From: Actinoplanes sp. N902-109
GTDB taxonomy: Bacteria > Actinomycetota > Actinomycetes > Mycobacteriales > Micromonosporaceae
Direction: 5' to 3'
Assembly (NCBI RefSeq): GCF_000389965.1
Contig: NC_021191.1
Location: 1,959,104-1,991,103 of the forward strand
DNA: 32,000 nucleotides
A model generated the notes under the pieces. It had not been told where the DNA came from. It did no database searches and saw only the letters and a list, made by a program, of their open reading frames with translations. The position numbers were made by a program, and so were the translations under genes. This document shows, one piece after another, positions 17,150 through 29,938 of the stretch; within the stretch, counting starts at the first letter, position 1; every line of letters starts with the position of its first letter.

Positions 17150-18127
17150 TCACCAATGCAGCGCCGTTGCCGCATCGGCGGCCGCTCGATCGCCGTACAC
17201 GGTGGCCAGCTCCGTGGTGAACGCGGTCCGGTCCAGCTCGTACTCCTGCGGGCCGACCACCCGCAGCACCAGCGCGGCCAGCGCGCAGCCGAGTTGAGCC
17301 GCGGGTACCAGCCCGAGTCCGGCCGCCACACCGGTGAGGAACCCGGCCCGGAACGCATCCCCCACGCCGGTCGGGTCCACCGGCTCGGCGACCGGGACCG
17401 CCGGGACGTCCAGCACCGGGTGGCCGTCCTGCTCGATGCGCGCACCCCGGGCGCCCAGCGTGGTGACCCAGATGCCCACCCGGGACAGCACCTCGTCGTG
17501 CGTCCACTCGGTCTTCTGCAGCACCAGCGCGTGCTCGTACTCGTTGGTGAACAGGTACTGGGCGTCCTCGATCAGCCGCCGGATGTCCTTGGGCTCCATC
17601 ACGGCCAGCTGCTGCGACGGGTCCGCGACGAACGGGTAGCCGCGGTAGCGGCACTCGTCGGTGTGCCGCAGCATCGCCTCCGGATCGTTCGGGCCGATGA
17701 CCACGTGCCGCACCGATCCCAGCCGGTCCACGGCCGGCCGCAGCTCCAGCCGGCGGGCCTGGGTCATCGCGCCGGGATAGAACGAGGCGAGCTGGTTGCC
17801 GTCCCGGTCGGTGATGCACTGGAACCGGGCGGTGTGCAGGTCCGCGGACTGGTGGATCGACGCGACATCGACGCCCGCCCGTTCCAGCCAGGAGCGGTAG
17901 TCGTCGAAGTCGTGCCCCGCCGCGGCGAGCACGGCGGGCCGGTGCCCGAGCCGGGCCATCCCGAGGGCGATGTTGGCTGCCACCCCGCCGCGCCGCACGT
18001 CGAGCGAGTCGACCAGGAAGGACAGCGACAGACTGGCCAGTGAGCCGGGCACGATCTGGTCGACGAACCGGCCGGGGAAGGTGCTGAGGTGGTCGACCGC
18101 GATCGACCCGGTGACGAGCGTGGTCAT
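17150..18127 (-). CDS. adoK: PfkB-family adenosine kinase
   Basis: 'MTTLVTGSIAVDHLSTFPGRF', 'DVRRGGVAANIALGMARLG', 'DPTGVGDAFRAGFLTG'; start 5 bp after the metK stop. Confidence 0.88.
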   Translation of the reverse strand: MTTLVTGSIAVDHLSTFPGRFVDQIVPGSLASLSLSFLVDSLDVRRGGVAANIALGMARLGHRPAVLAAAGHDFDDYRSWLERAGVDVASIHQSADLHTARFQCITDRDGNQLASFYPGAMTQARRLELRPAVDRLGSVRHVVIGPNDPEAMLRHTDECRYRGYPFVADPSQQLAVMEPKDIRRLIEDAQYLFTNEYEHALVLQKTEWTHDEVLSRVGIWVTTLGARGARIEQDGHPVLDVPAVPVAEPVDPTGVGDAFRAGFLTGVAAGLGLVPAAQLGCALAALVLRVVGPQEYELDRTAFTTELATVYGDRAAADAATALHW

Positions 18128-18132
18128 CGCGG

Positions 18133-19320
18133 TCACCCGCCGACCGCGGTACGCAGGTCGTCGACCCGGTCGAGCCGCTCCCAGGTGAACTCCGGGCCGC
18201 TGCGGCCGAAGTGCCCGTACGCCGCGGTCGGCAGGTAGATCGGACGCAGCAGGGCGAGCTGCTCGACGATCGCCCGGGGCCGCAGGTCGAACACCTCGGC
18301 GACGGCCGCGGCGAGCCGGGGCACCGGCACCTTCTCGGTGCCGAAGCACTCGACGAACGTGCCGACCGGGTCCGCCTTGCCGATCGCGTACGCCACCTGC
18401 ACCTCGCAGCGCTCGGCCAGCCCGGCGGCCACCACGTTCTTCGCGACCCAGCGCAGCGCGTAGGCCGCCGAGCGGTCCACCTTCGACGGGTCCTTGCCCG
18501 AGTACGCCCCGCCGCCGTGCCGGGCCGCCCCGCCGTACGAATCGAGGATGATCTTGCGGCCGGTCAGCCCGGTGTCGCCCATCGGACCGCCGATCTCGAA
18601 CCGGCCGGTGGGGTTGACCAGCAGCCGGTAGTCGGCGGTGGCCAGGTCGAGGCGGTTCAGCTCCGGCTCCACCACATGTTTGCGGATGTCGTCCGGCAGC
18701 AGGTTCTCCGCGTCCGGCGCGTGCTGGGCGGACACCACGACGGTGTCCAGTGCGACCGGGTGGTTCCCCTCGTACGCGATGGTGACCTGGGTCTTGCCGT
18801 CCGGTCGCAGATAACCGAGCGTGCCGTCGCGGCGGGCCTGCGCCAGCCGGCGGGCGAGCCGATGCGCCAGCGCGATGGGCAGCGGCATCAGCTCCGGTGT
18901 CTCGGTGCAGGCGTAGCCGAACATCAGGCCCTGGTCGCCGGCGCCCTGCCGGTCGGCGTCGGTGCCGGCCTCGCCGGACCGGGCCTCGTACGACTCGTCC
19001 ACGCCCCGCGCGATGTCGGGGGACTGCGCGCCGATGGACACGCTCACCCCGCAACTGCGCCCGTCGAAGCCCTTCGCCGACGAGTCGTAACCGATCGCGA
19101 CGACCTGGTTGCGGGCCACCGCGGCGACGTCCACGACCGCGCGCGAACTCACCTCGCCGGCGATGACGATCTGGCCCGTGGTGATCAGGGTCTCGACCGC
19201 CACCCGGCTGTCCGGGTCACCGGCGAGGAACGCGTCCAGCACCGCGTCGCTGACCTGGTCGGCGATCTTGTCAGGATGGCCCTCGGTCACCGATTCCGAG
19301 GTGAACAGCCGGTACGCCAC
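18133..19320 (-). CDS. metK: S-adenosylmethionine synthetase
   Basis: '[33 protein letters not shown]', '[12 protein letters not shown]', 'KPVLPGG..'-like C-terminus '[10 protein letters not shown]'. GTG start at 19320 with GGGAGG upstream. Confidence 0.96.
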   Translation of the reverse strand: MAYRLFTSESVTEGHPDKIADQVSDAVLDAFLAGDPDSRVAVETLITTGQIVIAGEVSSRAVVDVAAVARNQVVAIGYDSSAKGFDGRSCGVSVSIGAQSPDIARGVDESYEARSGEAGTDADRQGAGDQGLMFGYACTETPELMPLPIALAHRLARRLAQARRDGTLGYLRPDGKTQVTIAYEGNHPVALDTVVVSAQHAPDAENLLPDDIRKHVVEPELNRLDLATADYRLLVNPTGRFEIGGPMGDTGLTGRKIILDSYGGAARHGGGAYSGKDPSKVDRSAAYALRWVAKNVVAAGLAERCEVQVAYAIGKADPVGTFVECFGTEKVPVPRLAAAVAEVFDLRPRAIVEQLALLRPIYLPTAAYGHFGRSGPEFTWERLDRVDDLRTAVGG

Positions 19321-19354
19321 GAATTCCTCCCAGGGGTACGGATGCCGGCACAGG

Positions 19355-20794
<1,440 letters not shown>

Positions 20795-21010
20795 GAAACC
20801 TCCCCAGGGGTCCCGGCGGCGGGCGCCGGCACGGGCAGTCCCACGCTAAAAGCCCCTCGGACAGCGGCACAGACGAAGAAATCGCCGCGATCAAAGCGGT
20901 ACGAGATTCGGGACCAAAGGCGAACGGCCGCTACCCTTTTCGTCGGCCCGGCCCGCTCGTCCGCGGTGTTAGCTTCCGTTTCCCACGCAAGCTGCGGCGA
21001 GGAGGAAATC

Positions 21011-21880
21011 ATGGTGGCAACGGTGGACCGCACCCCGCGGATCGGCGTCATCGGCGGCAGCGGGCTCTATGATCTGGAGCTGCTCGAGCAGGTCGAGACA
21101 ATTGCGGTGCGCACCCCGTACGGACAGCCGAGCGGCGACATCACGGTGGGCAATCTGCTGGGCGTCCGCATCGCTTTCCTGCCGCGGCACGGGACCGGCC
21201 ACCGGCTGAGTCCCAGCGAGGTGCCGGCCCGGGCGAACATCCACGCGCTGCGCGAACTCGGCGTCCGGCAGATCATCGCGATCAGCGCGGTCGGCAGTCT
21301 CACCGAACGGTTCGCCCCCGGCACGCTGGTCGTGCCGGATCAGCTCGTCGACCGGACCAAGGGCGTGCGGCCCGCGACGTTCTTCGGCGGTGGCGCGGTG
21401 GCGCACGTGTCCATGGCCGACCCGTTCTGCGAGCGGTTGCGGGCGGACCTGGGCACCGCCGGCAAGACGGCCGGGTACGACCTTGCCGACGGTGCGACCT
21501 ATTGCTGCATCGAGGGACCCCAGTTCTCCACCCGCGCGGAATCCCACCTCTACCGGTCGTGGGGCCTCGACATCATCGGCATGACGGCGGTCCCGGAGGC
21601 TGCGCTGGCCCGCGAGGCGCAGCTCTGCTATGCCGGGCTGGCCCTGGTGACCGACTACGACTGCTGGCACGAGAGCGAGGAGGCCGTCACCGCGGGCATG
21701 GTGGCGGAGACCATGCGGGCCAACGTGCGCGCCGCCCGCGAGGTGCTCAAGGAGGCGGTGACGACCATCGACCGGACCGCCGACTGCACCTGCCACCACG
21801 CGCTCACCGGTGCGGTGCTGACCGACCCCGCGATCATCGACGCGGCCACCCGCGAGCGCTGCGGCCTGCCGGTGCGCTGA
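21011..21880 (+). CDS. flB: MTA phosphorylase family / 5'-fluoro-5'-deoxyadenosine phosphorylase
   Basis: 'IGVIGGSGLYDLELLE', 'FLPRHGTGHRLSPSEVPARANIHALRELG', 'YCCIEGPQFSTRAESHLYRSWGLDIIGMTAVPEAALAREA'; RBS GGAGGAAATC before ATG at 21011. The longer 19109-21880 ORF is an artefact. Confidence 0.92.
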   Translation: MVATVDRTPRIGVIGGSGLYDLELLEQVETIAVRTPYGQPSGDITVGNLLGVRIAFLPRHGTGHRLSPSEVPARANIHALRELGVRQIIAISAVGSLTERFAPGTLVVPDQLVDRTKGVRPATFFGGGAVAHVSMADPFCERLRADLGTAGKTAGYDLADGATYCCIEGPQFSTRAESHLYRSWGLDIIGMTAVPEAALAREAQLCYAGLALVTDYDCWHESEEAVTAGMVAETMRANVRAAREVLKEAVTTIDRTADCTCHHALTGAVLTDPAIIDAATRERCGLPVR

Positions 21881-21895
21881 CCGGTGCCGAGCGGA

Positions 21896-22804
21896 TCAGC
21901 CGAGGTCGGACGGGTTGGTGTTGGCCCCGCACAGCAGCACCATCACCCGTTCGCCCGGCTGCGGCACATAGGCGCCGGACATCAACGCTGCCTGCGCCGC
22001 TGCTGTGCCGTGCTCGACCGCCAGCCGGAACTCGTCCCAGAGCCAGTGCCGCGCCGCGACGATCGCCTCGTCGGCGACCAGCAGCGAGGTCAGCTTGGTC
22101 TCCGTCGCCGTCTCGTACGCGATGGAACCGACCCGCCGGGCGCCGAGCGAATCCGCGGCGATGCCCGAGACCGGGACGTCCACCGGGTGCCCGGCGACGA
22201 GGGCGGCGTGCAGTGCCCGGGAGGTCTCCGGTTCGACGGCCACCACGTTCTTCCGGCCGTGCAGGGCTGCCGCCACCCCGGCGACCAGGCCACCACCGCC
22301 GACGGCCACCAGCACCGTGTCGAACTCGGCCTGGCCGAGCAGTTCCAGGCCGAGGGTGCCGTTGCCGGCCACCATGTCGGGGTCGTCGTAGGCGTGGCAG
22401 AAGACGGCTCCGGTCTGCTGCGCGCGTGCGGTGGCGGCTTCGAACGCCTCGGCGTACTCGGCGCCGACCTGGGTGACCCGGGCGCCCAGCTTGGCCAGCT
22501 TGGCCACCTTGACCGGCGGGGCCGTCGCCGGCACGTAGATCTCCGCCGGGGTGCCGAGCTCGCCGGCCGCGTAGGCGGCTGCCAGCCCGGCGTTGCCGCC
22601 CGAGGCCGCGATGATGCCGGCCGCCGGCAGGCCGTGCTCGGCGGCCGTGAGGATCTTGTTGAACATGCCGCGGGTTTTGAACGAGCCGGCGTGCTGGACG
22701 AGCTCGAGCTTGTAGAGCACGTCCCCGGTGTCCAGGACGGGGGTGGTCCGGATCCGGCCGGCGATGCGCTGAGCTGCGGCTTCGATTGCGGTGCTGGTTG
22801 TCAC
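21896..22804 (-). CDS. PLP-dependent threonine/serine dehydratase-like protein
   Basis: PLP-lysine motif 'KLELVQHAGSFKTRGMFNKI', 'ASGGNAGLAAAYAA', glycine loop 'VAVGGGGLVAG'. Confidence 0.88.
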   Translation of the reverse strand: MTTSTAIEAAAQRIAGRIRTTPVLDTGDVLYKLELVQHAGSFKTRGMFNKILTAAEHGLPAAGIIAASGGNAGLAAAYAAGELGTPAEIYVPATAPPVKVAKLAKLGARVTQVGAEYAEAFEAATARAQQTGAVFCHAYDDPDMVAGNGTLGLELLGQAEFDTVLVAVGGGGLVAGVAAALHGRKNVVAVEPETSRALHAALVAGHPVDVPVSGIAADSLGARRVGSIAYETATETKLTSLLVADEAIVAARHWLWDEFRLAVEHGTAAAQAALMSGAYVPQPGERVMVLLCGANTNPSDLG

Positions 22805-22813
22805 CGGACCTGT

Positions 22814-23875
22814 CTACACCACCGCCGGGTGCCGCTCCGCGCCCGCCGGTACGGGTGCCCGGTCGCCCACCAGCCGGGCCAGGTCGAGCAGCCGGTTGGA
22901 GAAGCCCCACTCGTTGTCGAACCAGCCGCGCACCTTGATCCGCCCGTCGGTGGTGGTGCGGGTGCCGGTCGGGTCGAACAGGCAGGAGGCCGGGTTGTCG
23001 CGCACATCGATGGACACCGTGGGGTCCGGGTCGTAGTCGATGATGCCGCGCAGGTAGCCGTTCGCCGCCTCGGACATGGCCCGGTTGACCTCCTCGGCGG
23101 TGACCGGGCGCTCGGTGCGGCCGCCCAGCTCGGCCAGCGAGCCGATCGGCGTGGGTACGCAGTAGTAGCTGTGGCAGATCTCGCCGAGCCGGGGGAGCAC
23201 GACGCTGACCAGGTCACCGGTCACATGGTCGTGCGGGATGATGCTCTGCGTGGTGGCCCGGCCCAGCCGCAGGTCGTCGCGCGAGGTGCCGGCGATGCTG
23301 TCCTGCGGTTTCTGCCAGCCCTGGATGGCCAGCACCACCGAGGTGTGCACGCTGTGCAGGCCGAACCGGTCGAGCAGCACCCGGGCCATGACGGACAGCG
23401 CGTTCACGCCGCAGGACGCGGGGGAGATCACGTCGTGCCGGGCCGGGTCGTAGCGGTCGTGGTTGGCGCCGTACACCAGGAAGGCGTCCGGCTGGTCGGC
23501 GGATGCGCTGATCACGACCTTGCGCGCGCCACCGCCGAGGATGTGCGCCCGCGCCGCGTCGCCGCTGCGGAAGCGCCCGGTGGCCTCGAGCACCACGTCG
23601 ACGTCGGCCTCGGCCCACGGTATCCGGCCGGGCTGCGGCTCCTGGAACGAGCGGACCTCGCGGCCGTTGACGATCAGGAATCCGGGCCGCGAGTCCACGG
23701 TGCCGGTGAACCGGCCGCGTAAGCTGTCGCGTTTCAGCGCGTATGCCAAACGATCCGGCGGGGCGATGTCATTAATGGCGGCAACCGTGATTTGCGGATC
23801 GGCGGCGCCGCTGGCGATACGCATAACCGAGCGCCCGATCCGGCCGAATCCGTTGATGCCTATCCTGACACTCAC
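22814..23875 (-). CDS. Glyceraldehyde-3-phosphate dehydrogenase-fold protein, divergent active site
   Basis: 'VRIGINGFGRIGRSVMRIA', 'VISPASCGVNALSVMARVLLDRFG', 'KVRGWFDNEWGFSNRLLDLARLV'. GTG start with GAGGAG upstream; stop is 9 bp from the dehydratase start. Confidence 0.88.
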   Translation of the reverse strand: MSVRIGINGFGRIGRSVMRIASGAADPQITVAAINDIAPPDRLAYALKRDSLRGRFTGTVDSRPGFLIVNGREVRSFQEPQPGRIPWAEADVDVVLEATGRFRSGDAARAHILGGGARKVVISASADQPDAFLVYGANHDRYDPARHDVISPASCGVNALSVMARVLLDRFGLHSVHTSVVLAIQGWQKPQDSIAGTSRDDLRLGRATTQSIIPHDHVTGDLVSVVLPRLGEICHSYYCVPTPIGSLAELGGRTERPVTAEEVNRAMSEAANGYLRGIIDYDPDPTVSIDVRDNPASCLFDPTGTRTTTDGRIKVRGWFDNEWGFSNRLLDLARLVGDRAPVPAGAERHPAVV

Positions 23876-24333
23876 CAAGAACTCCTCGCGGCCGGTTGAT
23901 CAAGAATGCACTCGCGGTGCAGTGACCGTGCGGCAATCACACGGGTGAACAACTCGCGGTCACATACACGACACTATGAGTGTGCAACTTGCACGTCAAC
24001 AGGAGCACCGGAGGCGATACTCACAGGCCTCGGTCCGGCTGTGCGCCGTCGCCATTCCTGCCGCAAAACCGTCGCCACCTGCGAGAATTCAATCTCGGGC
24101 GAGGGTGTGTCCCGGTCCTGACCGAGGTGTGGTGATCGAGGCAACCAACTCCGGCGATTCGGGCATCGTGCCTGGTGAATCGTTCGCCACCGCCATTCGC
24201 GGCTACCCTTGCGCAGTCCGTGATGACGTTTCTCACGACCGTCGGGATCGGCATGCCGAAGATCGTGGAAGCGGGAGCGGGACGGCCGGCAGTCCGTTTC
24301 GCGAAAGGGCGCGCGCATTTCGCGCAGGGTGGA

Positions 24334-24675
24334 TCACACCAGGGCGCTGAGCGACTCGACGCCGGCCGAGGTGAAGTAGTACACGGCGTGCCCCTGGTGC
24401 CGGGTCAGTAAACGACCGATGCGTTCGCCGTCGGCGCGGCCGGCGGGCACGACGAGCAGCACATGGCCCTGCCGGCGGCCGGCCAGATAGAGGTTCATGA
24501 TCGTGGTGTCCCGCCCCCAGTCGCACCGGCGGCGGGCGGGCTGCTCCTCCCGTACGAAGGAAGCGGCGAACCCGGCAGCGGACAGCGCCGCCACCGCGGC
24601 CTCGGCACGCACCTGATCGGGAAGGAGCCCGGCCACCGCATCGACCGGCCGGACAAGAGATCCCTGCGCAGACAT
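24334..24675 (-). CDS. Hypothetical protein
   Basis: 113-aa ORF 'MSAQGSLVRPVDAVAGLLPDQVRAEAAVAALSAAGFAASFVREEQPARRR...'; no recognised family. Confidence 0.5.
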   Translation of the reverse strand: MSAQGSLVRPVDAVAGLLPDQVRAEAAVAALSAAGFAASFVREEQPARRRCDWGRDTTIMNLYLAGRRQGHVLLVVPAGRADGERIGRLLTRHQGHAVYYFTSAGVESLSALV

Positions 24676-24743
24676 GCCCGCAGATTAGGGGCGCCGCCAA
24701 GAACCGGGAACCCGCCAAGCAGATCCCCGACAGAACGGCCATC

Positions 24744-25997
24744 ATGGCACGTCAGTGGCGTTTCAGGCGGATTGCCGAGGTGACCCGCGGCGGCCGGAAG
24801 GGCCGGAAACGGCCGCGCGGGCGGTTGATCTCCGCGATGCTGGAAACCATGGTCGTCGGGGACAATCAGATCAAATCGGTACGCCAGTTCCGCCGGTTCG
24901 CGCTCGTGGTCTGCCTCGCCGGTGCTGCCGTGCAGCTGGTGCTGACCGCGTACTACCTGGGCATGGGGCACAAGGCCACGCCGCGCGACGTACCGGTCGG
25001 GCTGGTCACGCCGACCGCCAAGCAGGCGCCGGTGATGAACCTGCTGGAACGCAACCGGGTGTTCCGGGTGCGCATCTACAAGTCCGCGGATGCGCTGGAG
25101 AACGGCATCCTGCGGCGCGAGGTGTACGGCGGGGTGGACGTCACGTTCCCGCAGCCGCGGCTCTACATCGCCAGCGCCGCCGGGGCGTCCGCGGCTCAGC
25201 TGCTGCGCAGCACGTTCACCATGGTGCTCGCCCAGCAGAACGCCGATCAGCTGGAGACGCTGCGGGACAAGGGCGACACGGTCACCATCGAGCAGGCCGC
25301 CGTGCTGGCGACGCCGCCGTTCGTGGCCGACGTGGTGCCGCTGCCACCCGACGACGTCAACGGCGCGTCGCTCAGCTTCCTGGTGCAGGCGCTCGCACTC
25401 GGCGGGACGATCGCCTCGGTGGGGCTCGGGCGGCTCATTCCCCGTACCCGCCGGTCCTGGAAACGGGGTCTGGGACACCTGGTGACCCTCGTCGTGTACG
25501 CCGCCGGCTCGGCCGCCGTCGTGCTGTGGTCGATGAGCTGGTTCGGCGTCGGCAAGGGCGCCGACCAGACGGAGACGCTGGCGATCTTCGGTCTGGTCTC
25601 GCTCGCCATCACCGGCTCGACGGCGGGTGCCGTGGCGCTGTTCGGTCCCGGTGGCGCCCTGCTGGGCATGCTCTACTTCACCGTCGGCACGGTCATCAAC
25701 GGCGCCAGCATCCTGCCGGAGTTCCTGCCCGTGTTCGGCCGCATCGTCGGCGGCAACCTGCCGACCGGTGCCGGCGTGCAGGCGGTGCGCGACAATCTGT
25801 ACTTCCCGGACGCGCCGATCGGGTCGCACCTGTTCGTCCTGGGGCTCTATGCCGGGATCGGGTGCCTGCTGGTGCTGGTCACCAACCTGTTGCCCAACCG
25901 CAGCGACCGCATCGCGGAGCTGGATCTGGAGGTCCGCGACCGGATCGAGGGCAACGACGTGCGCGAGCCGGCCACGATTCCCAGCGTGGTTGTTTGA
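24744..25997 (+). CDS. Multi-spanning membrane protein (YhgE/Pip, ABC-2-like)
   Basis: Single N-terminal TM, periplasmic domain 'MNLLERNRVFRVRIYKSADALENGILRREVYGGVDVTF', then a C-terminal membrane bundle. Confidence 0.65.
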   Translation: MARQWRFRRIAEVTRGGRKGRKRPRGRLISAMLETMVVGDNQIKSVRQFRRFALVVCLAGAAVQLVLTAYYLGMGHKATPRDVPVGLVTPTAKQAPVMNLLERNRVFRVRIYKSADALENGILRREVYGGVDVTFPQPRLYIASAAGASAAQLLRSTFTMVLAQQNADQLETLRDKGDTVTIEQAAVLATPPFVADVVPLPPDDVNGASLSFLVQALALGGTIASVGLGRLIPRTRRSWKRGLGHLVTLVVYAAGSAAVVLWSMSWFGVGKGADQTETLAIFGLVSLAITGSTAGAVALFGPGGALLGMLYFTVGTVINGASILPEFLPVFGRIVGGNLPTGAGVQAVRDNLYFPDAPIGSHLFVLGLYAGIGCLLVLVTNLLPNRSDRIAELDLEVRDRIEGNDVREPATIPSVVV

Positions 25998-26086
25998 TCC
26001 GTTGTGATGTTTGACCCGTGGATCCCTTAACAAGCGCGGGGTACGGTCGATCCGTGCTTGAAGCGTCAAGTGCTAAGGGGAGCCGC

Positions 26087-26701
26087 ATGTCTTCAACTGT
26101 TCGCAGCCGTGTCACCGTGCCGCTGAAGTTCGCCGACGGATACACGACGACGGCCGACGTGATCACGTTCACCGGCCTGGCCGACGGCAAGGAGCACCTG
26201 GCGCTCGCGCTGGGCGACGTGGCGGGCGCGAAGGTGCCGCTGGTGCGGCCGCACTCGGAGTGCATGACCGGCGACGTGTTCGGCTCGCAGCGCTGCGACT
26301 GCGGGCCACAGCTGCGCGAGGCCGTCCAGCGGATCGCCGAGACCGGCGGATACCTGCTCTATCTGCGCCAGGAGGGCCGCGGCATCGGCCTCTACGCCAA
26401 GCTCGACGCCTACGCGCTGCAAGACCTCGGCATGGACACGTACGAGGCCAACCGTGCGCTGGGGCACGCCGACGACGAACGCGACTACACCGCCGCCGCG
26501 CAGATGCTGACCGCGCTCGGCGTGCCCGCAGTCGACCTGCTGACCAACAACCCCGACAAGGCGGCCCAGTTGCGCGCGCTCGGGGTGGACGTGCGGGCCG
26601 TGCGGCCGACCGGCGTCCACACCTCCGACGCGAACGTGCGTTACCTCCAGGCCAAGGTCTCGCACACCGCGCACACCATCGACCTGCCGTTGGCGGTCTG
26701 A
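26087..26701 (+). CDS. ribA: Stand-alone GTP cyclohydrolase II
   Basis: Zinc site 'HSECMTGDVFGSQRCDCGPQL' and 'LYLRQEGRGIGLYAKLDAYALQDLGMDTYEANRALGHADDERDY'. Confidence 0.93.
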   Translation: MSSTVRSRVTVPLKFADGYTTTADVITFTGLADGKEHLALALGDVAGAKVPLVRPHSECMTGDVFGSQRCDCGPQLREAVQRIAETGGYLLYLRQEGRGIGLYAKLDAYALQDLGMDTYEANRALGHADDERDYTAAAQMLTALGVPAVDLLTNNPDKAAQLRALGVDVRAVRPTGVHTSDANVRYLQAKVSHTAHTIDLPLAV

Positions 26702-26788
26702 CCTCCGCGTTGCTCCTCAGGTGTCGTCCGGTTGCGCCGAACAGGCAGGGGTCACACCCAGTCCGTTCGAGCGCGCGGAGGTCGTCCA

Positions 26789-27415
26789 GTGGGTATCGAG
26801 GGCGTCAGCAGCCGGATCGCGGAGATCCAGGCCCGGATGATCGCGATGCAGACCCAGCAGGCGAGCAAGGCGACGACCGCCGGCGCGACAACCGCCGCCG
26901 GGCCGGCCACCACGGCCTCAGGAGCCTCGTTCGCCACAGCGCTCGCGGATGCCATGGGCACCCAGTCGGCGACCACGACGGCGGCCACCGCCACGAAGTA
27001 CACGCTCACCAGCAAGGGCATCCCGACCGAGCTCGCGGCGTACGGGAACGGCAAGATCCCGGCCGCCGCGCTGGAGCAGGTCGGCAACACCGGCCACAAG
27101 CTCTGGGCGCCGGCGGCGCAGAACCTGAACCGGATGATCCAGGACGCCAAGGCGCAGGGCGTGACCATCGGCATCACCGACTCCTACCGGCCCTACGCCG
27201 AGCAGGTCGACCTGGCGCGGCGCAAGGGTCTTTACTCCCAGGGCGGGCTGGCCGCCAAACCCGGCACCAGCGAGCACGGCTGGGGCATGGCGGCCGACCT
27301 CGACCTCAACGGCAAGGCGCTGACGTGGATGCGCGCCAACGCCGACAAGTACGGCTTCGTGGAGAACGTGCCCCGCGAGACCTGGCACTGGGCCTACAAG
27401 CCGCAGAGCACCTGA
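26789..27415 (+). CDS. M15-family D-alanyl-D-alanine carboxypeptidase-like protein, no signal peptide
   Basis: 'TDSYRPYAEQVDLARRKGLYSQGGLAAKPGTSEHGWGMAADLDL...ETWHWAYKP'; GTG start with GGAGG upstream. Confidence 0.85.
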   Translation: MGIEGVSSRIAEIQARMIAMQTQQASKATTAGATTAAGPATTASGASFATALADAMGTQSATTTAATATKYTLTSKGIPTELAAYGNGKIPAAALEQVGNTGHKLWAPAAQNLNRMIQDAKAQGVTIGITDSYRPYAEQVDLARRKGLYSQGGLAAKPGTSEHGWGMAADLDLNGKALTWMRANADKYGFVENVPRETWHWAYKPQST

Positions 27416-27559
27416 TCCCTGTGCTGCTCGACACGGTGAAGCCGGTCGTTCGCGCTCCTGTCGTCGAGGAATGAGCCACAGGTGACCGGCCACCGCCGGC
27501 GGGCCGCCCAGCAGCCGGTCGGCCGGGCCGAGTTCCCGGTGCAGTACCGGCGTGCGTTC

Positions 27560-29477
<1,918 letters not shown>

Positions 29478-29633
29478 CGCTGCGGCTGCCCATGGCCCGT
29501 CCCCGGTTCCCGGGGGCGGGCCATTTCGTGTGGCACCTCTTTCGGGGAGTCCTTGCGACGTTCCACAATGGAAAATTAGGACTTTTTGCCTGAATCGGTA
29601 GCGCATGGTCGATTTGAGGTGCACAGTGATGGC

Positions 29634-29837
29634 ATGAACGACAGTGGGCCCGGCGGCGGCTACTTCTGGTGCCTCCGCCACAACCGGGTCGAGTCCGGCG
29701 ACGACGTGTGTCCCGCCCAGTACCGGCTCGGTCCGTACGCCACCGCCGACGACGCCACGCGGGCACTCGAGACCGTCGAGAAGCGCAACGCGGACTGGGA
29801 CGCGGAGGACGCCCGCTGGACCGGGGAGGTCAGCTAG
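29634..29837 (+). CDS. Small conserved actinobacterial hypothetical protein
   Basis: 'MNDSGPGGGYFWCLRHNRVESGDDVCPAQYRLGPYATADDATRALETVEKRNADWDAEDARWTGEVS'. Confidence 0.7.
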   Translation: MNDSGPGGGYFWCLRHNRVESGDDVCPAQYRLGPYATADDATRALETVEKRNADWDAEDARWTGEVS

Positions 29838-29938
29838 GCCGGAGCGGACCATCGGTGTCCACGCCGGAATTCTTCGGTCTCCATGCGGAGACGAGCCCGT
29901 AGTGATTCGCGCAGTCATTCGCAAGGAGGAAGTACCTC

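Noticed and set aside
18128-19054. N-terminal extension of the adoK ORF (634-aa version, 17150-19054)
   Set aside because: Overlaps metK in the opposite reading frame; PfkB homology starts at 'MTTLVTGSIAVDH' (18127).
20795-21010. SAH/SAM riboswitch upstream of ahcY
   Set aside because: No recognisable riboswitch core by eye in the divergent ahcY/flB region; an Infernal/Rfam search would be needed.
23974-24318. Overlapping small ORFs on both strands in the 23.9-24.3 kb gap
   Set aside because: No recognised domain and competing ORFs on both strands; insufficient support for a call.
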